Positions 1-5,660 of a stretch of 10,428 nucleotides of DNA are shown here, in pieces. The translations under genes and the position numbers were made by a program. Source of the DNA: Candidatus Caldarchaeales archaeon (lineage in GTDB: Archaea > Thermoproteota > Nitrososphaeria_A > Caldarchaeales > Calditenuaceae); the NCBI GenBank assembly GCA_032249095.1, contig JAVVGN010000065.1, forward strand, positions 1-10,428, read 5' to 3'. The notes beneath the pieces are model-generated. The model made no database searches. It worked only from the letters and a program-made list of their open reading frames with translations, and was not told the DNA's origin. Each line of letters opens with the position of its first letter. The first letter of the stretch is position 1.

Positions 1-51
1 TATAGCTTTCACTTTAGGCAATCATGGACTTTCTGGTATATGTGGAATAAA

Positions 52-111
52 TAAAATAGAAAATATATGCCGATGGGGTATAAATAGAAAATAGTATATA
101 TGCCGGTGGGG
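52..111. repeat. Imperfect tandem direct repeat of two units: TAAAATAGAAAATATATGCCGATGGGG (52-78) and TAAATAGAAAATAGTATATATGCCGGTGGGG (81-111)
   Basis: Read directly. The units differ by a 1-nt indel, a 5-nt indel (GTATA) and one A/G substitution. The repeat lies immediately 3' of the minus-strand stop codon (115-117) of the IS110-like C-terminal ORF. On the minus strand each unit reads as a GC-rich clamp followed by a T-rich tract. Confidence 0.7.
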
Positions 112-114
112 CCG

Positions 115-456
115 TCAGGCTGGAGCGGCTAGTCCGGCCTCCTGGACTTCTATCGCTAGTCTCCTGATGTCTCCGAGGATTCTTTTCGCCACTCGTAGGA
201 TTGCCTGCCAACGCTTCCTACCCCTCCGACGATAGCTCTCATATACTGCTGGATATCTACGATGCTTGTTCAGAACCATTATATTGGCCAGAAGTATCAG
301 TAGTTGGCTCCGTAATCCTCTACCTCTCCAAGGACGCCTAAACAGCTCATAGCGCCTCTCCAACCCAGTTCTAGACAATGTCTTGAAGACGATGGAGTCG
401 TGGGAGACGATGTAGGCCAGTGGAGGACCCTTAAGACCTAGCCTCTCGACGGCCAT
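115..456 (-). pseudogene. IS110-family transposase, C-terminal domain fragment (113 aa), in a different frame from the N-terminal piece
   Basis: RGLRSQLLILLANIMVLNKHRRYPAVYESYRRRGRKRWQAILRVAKRILGDIRRL matches the IS110 C-terminal consensus (lR.aLy.aA......p....fY.r...rGK....A..AvARKL..i...ml). ERLGLKGPPLAYIV resembles the helix-hairpin-helix segment L..ipGiG..tAa.l. The fragment is separated from the N-terminal piece by a TAG stop, a frame change and an AT-rich 64-nt spacer (457-520). Confidence 0.55.
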
Positions 457-520
457 ACTGTAGAGCGGTAGTTACATATAGTCTTTTCATGAATCCTATC
501 GCCAGCCTATCGGCGTAGCG

Positions 521-976
521 CTAAAGAGTCCTGCGAGTCTCTACAGCTAATGGATCGTCTATTGTGCTCCGTGTATTTTTGGCCGCCTTCTTTATCCCAG
601 CCATCTCCACCCAAAGCTCCGCCAGAGCCCTAACCTCAAGCTCCAACGGAGAAGCATAGAGTGGCTGGAACAGACCTGGAGCCTTATAGAACATCTCTCT
701 CAGAGCCTTCACGTCGTTCTCATCCGTCTTCCTAAGACCATTGTTCCTTCTCACTTCGGAGACCGCTTTCAAATCTCCAAGCCTCAGGGACACCGCCCCG
801 TCAAGCCGCGTCATGGTTGGTAGGAGCCTCCTCAGATAACTATCAGCAACCACCATCTTCGGCCTCAACTTCTCAAACATCTCTAGGAAGTCGTTGAAGA
901 CCATCACCTCCTCGCCATCCTCCGGAAGAGCATAGACCCTCCCATGTCCGAAGTCAACGAAGACCCCACTCACCAC
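521..976 (-). pseudogene. IS110-family transposase, N-terminal DEDD (RuvC-like) domain fragment, 151 aa, ending at a TAG
   Basis: GVFVDFG matches the first catalytic-Asp segment (consensus GIDVsK). GLRKTDENDVKALREMF matches the conserved KTDxxDAxxLAxL motif. ELEVRALAELWVEMAGIKKAAKN matches the helix preceding the linker (R.L.r.R..Lv......N). The start is GTG at 976, with an SD-like GGAGGT (complement of 983-988) and a TATA-like GATAAAG (complement of 999-1005) upstream. Confidence 0.6.
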
Positions 977-1412
977 CTATCAACCTCCCTCCCCAAGCCT
1001 TTATCTCATATGGTCTCGCCACCAACTGAAACCTCACCACCATCCCACTCCATACCCATCACCCGCTCGGGGAAGAGCACCCACCGACCTCCACATATAA
1101 GGAGTCTGGCTCCAACAGCCGGGCCATCCCCAACCTAGACTCACTAAGAGCCGGACATACCAGAGAAAGAGATAGTAATATGGAAGGGGTGGTCTAAGCT
1201 CAAACATCCACTAGAGAACTACTAGAACACGGAAACATACCAATACAGCTATACCTATGGGGCAACGAGGTAATATTCAGGGTAAAGGACAGACAACACT
1301 ATACGGATACCCGGGGCCAGACTAAACCCACCTTAGTTCCCATCAAACTGTATTATTGAGGTCGCTATTAATCCAATTTATGTCGGTGGATTTGTTTTCT
1401 TCCTCATATTTC

Positions 1413-1436
1413 GCTCTTAAACAATGGGTTAAGAGC
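1413..1436. repeat. Perfect 8-bp inverted repeat / hairpin GCTCTTAA-(ACAATGGG)-TTAAGAGC
   Basis: Read directly: arms at 1413-1420 and 1429-1436 with an 8-nt loop. It abuts the TATA-like box of the lhr gene and sits at the probable outer boundary of the IS110-like element. Confidence 0.8.
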
Positions 1437-1445
1437 AAAATATCC
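1436..1445 (+). promoter_or_regulatory. TATA-like box CAAAATATCC for the Lhr helicase gene (leaderless-type spacing)
   Basis: The AT-rich element ends 24 nt upstream of the GTG at 1467. A nearly identical element, CAAAAATATC, sits at the same distance from the Fap7-like gene start (8532-8541). Confidence 0.45.
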
Positions 1446-1466
1446 GTGTGGGAGGCCTCTTAGGGG

Positions 1467-4295
1467 GTGGGGGAGGGTCCCGTGGAGGCTGAGGAGCTGC
1501 TGTGCCGCCCGGTCTTGGAGGCGGTTTACGAGAAGTTCGGGGGGCTGGCCGAGACCCAGAGGGCCGCCATCCCCCACATACTCAGGGGCGAGAACGTGCT
1601 CATCAGCTCGCCGACAGGCACGGGCAAGACCGAGGCCGCCCTCCTCCCAATACTACACTCCATCCTGACGGACCCCACAGTCCGGCCCATCTCCACCCTA
1701 TACATTACTCCCCTACGGGCGCTGAACAGGGACCTCCTCGACAGGCTCGAGTGGTGGTCTAGGAGACTCGACATCTCGGTCTCCGTGAGGCATGGCGACA
1801 CCCCGCAGCGGGAGAGACGTGTCCAGGCCATAAGCCCGCCCCAGATACTCATAGCCACACCCGAGGCGCTCCAGTCTCTCCTGATAGGGCGCGTCATGAG
1901 GACAGCCCTCTCTAACCTCAGATGGGTCATCGTAGACGAGGTGCATGAGCTGGCGACGGACAAGAGGGGGGCCCAACTGGCCGTCGCGCTCCAGAGAATC
2001 AGGAAGATCACGGGTAGGAGGTTCCAGCTCCTCGGCCTCTCCGCCACGGTAGGCGACCCCGGGGAGGTCGCGCGCTTCCTAGTCGGGCCCGCGGAGGGCT
2101 TTGTGGTTGTTGAGACTAGGATGCCGAGGGGGCTGGAGGTCGAGGTTGTCTTCCCCGAGACCGAGGCGCGGGATGTGGAGGTGGCCGGGGTTCTGGGGGT
2201 CGCGCCCGACGTCGCGGCCAGGATGAGGACAATCATGCAGCTTGTCTCGGAGCACTCATCAACACTTATCTTCACCAACACGAGGCCCCTCGCCGAGGCC
2301 CTCTCCAACAGGTTCAAGGCCTGGGACGAGGCCTTCCCAGTCTCGATCCATCACGGCTCCCTCTCCCGCGACCATAGGGTGAGGGCTGAGAAGGACCTGA
2401 AGTACGGCGAGATCCAGGGCCTGATCTGCACATCGAGCCTCGAGATGGGGATCGATGTGGGCAGGATAGACTTCTGCATCCAGTACAACTCGCCGCGAGA
2501 GGTCTCCCGCCTCGTCCAGCGTGTGGGCAGGAGCGGACACAGGATAGGGGGCGTCGCTAAGGGCGTCGTAATAGTCATGGACTCGGACGACGCGCTCGAG
2601 GCCCTCGTGATAGCCCGGAGGGCTAGGAGCGGCCAGCTCGAGAAGGTGAGGGTGGTGAAGAACAGCCTAGATGTCGCCATGCACCAGATAGCCGGCCTGC
2701 TCCTAGAGTATGGCCGGATAGAGAAGTCCGAAATCATGGAGCTCCTCAGACGGACCTACAACTTCTCAGACTTCAGCGAGGCCGACCTAGAAGCCCTGCT
2801 CCAGTACATGGGTACCCTCGGCATAGCGAGGGTCTCCGACGGCATAGTCCAGAAGCCCCCAAGAACCAAACGCCTCATCGAATACTACTTCGAGAACCTC
2901 TCGATGATTCCCGAAGAGAAGCAGTACCTCGTCGTGGAGGAGGAGAGCGGCGAGCCCGTCGGGATCCTTGACGAGGCCTTCGTCGCCGAGTACGGCGAGG
3001 TTGGCACCAAATTCATACTCGGAGGTAGGCCCTGGATCATCCTCAACCTCTCCGGGACCAGGATATACGTGGCGAGGCTTAAGGAAGGTGAGGGGGCCGT
3101 ACCCTCCTGGGTCGGGGACGAGATCCCGGTCCCCCTCGAAGTGGCTATGGAGGTTGGAGAGATAAGACGGCGCTACCAGGAGCACAGAGAGGGCGGCGCC
3201 TCGGCGGAGGAGGCCATAGCGGAGCTGGCTGACGAGTACCAGACCCCGCGCCACATCATGTCTAGGGCTCTGAGAGAGGTGGAGGAACATATCTCGCTCG
3301 GGATCCCCGTACCCACGGACAGGCGAATAGTGGTTGAGGAGGCCGACGAGTATGTCGTGGTCCACGTAACCGGCGGCCTCAGGATCAACAGGACCCTGGC
3401 CAGGCTCCTCACCGTGCACCTTGCGGAGAAGGTCGGGGCCCCGGTCTCGGCCCAGTCAGACCCCTACAGAATAGTTCTGAAGAGCAAGACCCTCTCGGCA
3501 GACAACATCCTGCAGGCACTCGGAGAGATCCTCAGTGAGAAGCTTCTGAGGAGGGCCGTGGAGACTTCGGGCGTCTTCAGGAGGAGGCTGGTCCACGTGG
3601 CTAGGAAGATGGGCGTGGTGGGGAAGGAGGTGAGTCTCCTAGACGTTAGCGCCCAGATGCTCGTCGAGTCCCTAAAGGGGACCCCTGTCTACGAGGAGGC
3701 CCTCAGATTCACGGTCTTCACCGACTATGATTGGGAGGGGGCCAAGTGGCTTATAGGCGAGGTGCAGGCGGGCAGGATCGAGACTGCCAAGTGCACGCTC
3801 GGAAGCCCCAGCCCCCTCGCCTCGCTCACCATCAGCAGATACCAGCACGAATACGAGGCCTACACACCCGAGAGGATCCACAGACTGGTCGTCAACGCCG
3901 TGAGGGCGAGGATAAACAGCGAGCTCGTCGTCCTAGCGTGCGTAGACTGCAGAAAATATGTCGAGACGGCTGAGGTCGGGGGCGTGGAGGGCAGGCCTTC
4001 CTGCCCCCTATGCGGGTCCCAAAGAATAGGCGTCGTGAGGACCGCCGGGAGGGAGGATGTCGAGAACGTTCTCCGCGGCAGGACCACCGAGTCTAGGAGG
4101 CTCTGGAGGGAGGCGGAGCGCACCTCCCCCCTTGTCGAGAAGTACGGCAAGGCGGCGGTGTTTGTCCTCTCGGCGAGAGGTATGAGTGTTAAGGACGCGG
4201 AGCAGCTTCTGAGCCGGGAGCCGAGGATCTCTCCCAGGCTGATCGAGGAGATAATCGAGCACGAGAAGAAGGCCCTGCTGAGGGAGTTCAGCTAG
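1467..4295 (+). CDS. lhr: Lhr-type (large helicase-related) ATP-dependent DEAD/DEAH-box SF2 helicase, 942 aa, with a C-terminal Cys4 zinc ribbon
   Basis: Motif I SPTGTGKT (1608-1631), Ia ITPLRAL, II DEVH (1935-1946), III SAT, then IFTNTR, HHGSLS, TSSLEMGIDVG and QRVGRSGH (motif VI). A long winged-helix/DEAD-associated region follows, as in Lhr-core. CxxC...CxxC lies at 3939-4013 (CVDC...CPLC). Size and domain order fit archaeal Lhr. Confidence 0.9.
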   Translation: MGEGPVEAEELLCRPVLEAVYEKFGGLAETQRAAIPHILRGENVLISSPTGTGKTEAALLPILHSILTDPTVRPISTLYITPLRALNRDLLDRLEWWSRRLDISVSVRHGDTPQRERRVQAISPPQILIATPEALQSLLIGRVMRTALSNLRWVIVDEVHELATDKRGAQLAVALQRIRKITGRRFQLLGLSATVGDPGEVARFLVGPAEGFVVVETRMPRGLEVEVVFPETEARDVEVAGVLGVAPDVAARMRTIMQLVSEHSSTLIFTNTRPLAEALSNRFKAWDEAFPVSIHHGSLSRDHRVRAEKDLKYGEIQGLICTSSLEMGIDVGRIDFCIQYNSPREVSRLVQRVGRSGHRIGGVAKGVVIVMDSDDALEALVIARRARSGQLEKVRVVKNSLDVAMHQIAGLLLEYGRIEKSEIMELLRRTYNFSDFSEADLEALLQYMGTLGIARVSDGIVQKPPRTKRLIEYYFENLSMIPEEKQYLVVEEESGEPVGILDEAFVAEYGEVGTKFILGGRPWIILNLSGTRIYVARLKEGEGAVPSWVGDEIPVPLEVAMEVGEIRRRYQEHREGGASAEEAIAELADEYQTPRHIMSRALREVEEHISLGIPVPTDRRIVVEEADEYVVVHVTGGLRINRTLARLLTVHLAEKVGAPVSAQSDPYRIVLKSKTLSADNILQALGEILSEKLLRRAVETSGVFRRRLVHVARKMGVVGKEVSLLDVSAQMLVESLKGTPVYEEALRFTVFTDYDWEGAKWLIGEVQAGRIETAKCTLGSPSPLASLTISRYQHEYEAYTPERIHRLVVNAVRARINSELVVLACVDCRKYVETAEVGGVEGRPSCPLCGSQRIGVVRTAGREDVENVLRGRTTESRRLWREAERTSPLVEKYGKAAVFVLSARGMSVKDAEQLLSREPRISPRLIEEIIEHEKKALLREFS

Positions 4296-4914
4296 TCCTC
4301 TCCAGCCCCTCTCCACCCTCCTCGGCCTGATCCTCGGCGGCCTGTTCGGGTGGTGCCCCACCGCTCCCCGGGGCCAGGGAGGCGAAGGCCTTCAGGAGCT
4401 CCTGTTTGTCAACCTCGACGAAGGTCCTCCAGCCAACGCTCAGGACACCGTCCTCGCTCCTCAAGAGGTAACCTCTCCTCGCCAGCCTCTCGAGAGTCGC
4501 CTCAACCCTCCACCTAGGATACTTCGACTCGAGGAGCTCGACAACCTCCTTCTCCGGAGAGCTGCCATTCCTGGAAAGCAGGTAGGCGAGTGTCGCCGAT
4601 AGTATGGCCAGCTCGTCTAGGCTGTATCCGAGCGTGGGTATGTCGGAGAGTGTGAGTGGGTCGGCGAGCACTATGTAGTACCTCGCCTTGTCGTAGTCGT
4701 TGGGCTCCGCATCGGGGTCTGGGACGACCTTCAGCCTAAGCCCTATCTGCCTGAGCCTCGAGTCGAGGGCGCTCATCACCTTAGGGAAGCTCTTCCCAAG
4801 CTTCCTCCTCAGCTCCCAGCCCCTGACGCCCGGGAGCCTGTGTCCTGAGGCCAGGATCATGGCCGCCGCCTGGGCCAGCCTTTTCTCCAGCTTACCAACC
4901 TCCTCCCCGCTCAA
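4288..4914 (-). CDS. Kite-like tandem winged-helix protein (Nse3/MAGE-like by eye; ScpB-like is the alternative), 208 aa, with an acidic C-terminal tail; third gene of the SMC-like operon
   Basis: The segments [22 protein letters not shown] ... [13 protein letters not shown] ... [27 protein letters not shown] ... [10 protein letters not shown] ... [17 protein letters not shown] follow the order and spacing of the two winged-helix halves of the MAGE homology domain, recalled from human NSMCE3/MAGE-G1. The TTG start at 4914 overlaps the upstream stop (TTGA). An alternative ATG lies 19 codons downstream. Confidence 0.5.
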   Translation of the reverse strand: [208 protein letters not shown]

Positions 4915-5660
4915 GCCGCCTCACCGCCCCTCCCGAGCGACACGACCAGCGAGGTCGTCCTCGGCTCATCCGACACCACGCCAGCCGCCCTGATCCATAT
5001 CTCGCGTCTCAGAGTATCAACCCTCACCTCAACCTCTCCCCTAGATATGAGGTAGCTGAGGAGGTAGGCCCTTCTCGCCCTCTCTCCCACACCCTTGGCG
5101 CCTATAAACTCCCAGTAATTTGTCCAGCCCCTCCTCGAGGAGAGCTCTGCGAGAAGCTCCTCAAGATCCGCGCTTATCTGTTTCTCGATCGCCTCGTAGG
5201 AGGGTTGCTGTGCGGATCCCACCGCCTCGCCCCAGAACTCGGCCAGCCCCCTCGCGGGTTTGGAGAGGAAGTGCTCGTAGCCCCGCATGAGAAGCTCCAC
5301 CGAGATCTGCTCGATCCTCGCAATAGGTCTCCAAGCCTGCAGGAAGGCTGAGACCAGGTCCCTGGGATCTGCAGAGAGGATCTTGGAGTAGACAAGGTTG
5401 GCGTCGATGAAGAGGGATGAGGCGCGGTCCCTTATCCATCTCTGCTGGAGCCCCAGGACCACCGTAACCCTGTAAAGCGTCTCAGCGTCAAGAACGACTA
5501 TCTCCGAGTCCCTCTCCCTCTCGATTATCTCCCTCAGCCTCTGGAGGAGCGAGGAGACGTCGACGCTGAAGGGGTCTAGCCTCCTCCCCTCTATCTCGCC
5601 CAGTATCGACATCATCCGGATGAGCTCCTCCCTGAAGACCCTGACCTTCCCGCTACTCAC
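4911..5660 (-). CDS. Kleisin-like protein (ScpA/Nse4-like), 249 aa; second gene of the SMC-like operon
   Basis: The N-terminal segment RLDPFSVDVSSLLQRLREII...VVLDAETLYRVTVVLGLQQRWIRDRAS fits the ScpA N-terminal helical pattern (idi.di.i..i..qYl.yl...l..a.e.l.maa.L...Ks). The C-terminal WTNYWEFIGAKGVGERARRAYLLSYLISRGEVEVRVD...REIWIR fits the kleisin C-terminal winged helix (f..l...r...v.tFLalLEL.k.g.v...q...geI.i). Its size and its position between the SMC-like and kite-like genes also fit. The GTG start at 5660 overlaps the SMC stop (GTGA). An alternative ATG lies 15 codons downstream. Confidence 0.6.
   Translation of the reverse strand: MSSGKVRVFREELIRMMSILGEIEGRRLDPFSVDVSSLLQRLREIIERERDSEIVVLDAETLYRVTVVLGLQQRWIRDRASSLFIDANLVYSKILSADPRDLVSAFLQAWRPIARIEQISVELLMRGYEHFLSKPARGLAEFWGEAVGSAQQPSYEAIEKQISADLEELLAELSSRRGWTNYWEFIGAKGVGERARRAYLLSYLISRGEVEVRVDTLRREIWIRAAGVVSDEPRTTSLVVSLGRGGEAA

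Larger units (their letters stand above)
115..976 (-). mobile_element. IS110-family-like insertion sequence core with a disrupted recombinase gene; true element ends unknown, plausibly ~50 to ~1410
   Basis: Two consecutive minus-strand ORFs in different frames together resemble an IS110 DEDD transposase (N-terminal DEDD domain plus C-terminal Transposase_20-like domain). The region has lower GC than the flanking genes. A span of ~1.35 kb would fit the typical IS110 size. No terminal inverted repeats are seen, which is expected for this family. Confidence 0.55.

Noticed and set aside
14-211. 65-aa minus-strand ORF spanning the tandem repeat and the end of the IS110-like C-terminal ORF
   Set aside because: It is an alternative frame of the transposase C-terminus that runs into AT-rich repeat DNA, and the translation is low-complexity. 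I checked whether it could be a frameshifted continuation of the transposase, but the conserved C-terminal motif is already complete in the 115-456 frame.
944-1138. 64-aa plus-strand ORF in the long non-coding region (MSEVNEDPTHHLSTSLPKPLSH...)
   Set aside because: The Pro/Ser/Thr/His-rich translation is a by-product of the C/A-rich strand composition. It overlaps the start of the transposase N-terminal ORF and has no plausible promoter.
1502-4361. Many long ORFs overlapping the lhr gene on both strands (e.g. 1526-2317 minus 263 aa, 2787-3419 minus 210 aa, 4008-4361 minus 117 aa, 1502-1762 plus 86 aa)
   Set aside because: Their translations are Arg/Pro/Ser/Gly-rich and low-complexity with no motifs. 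They lie entirely within a well-supported helicase gene. Long alternative-frame ORFs are expected by chance in high-GC coding DNA.
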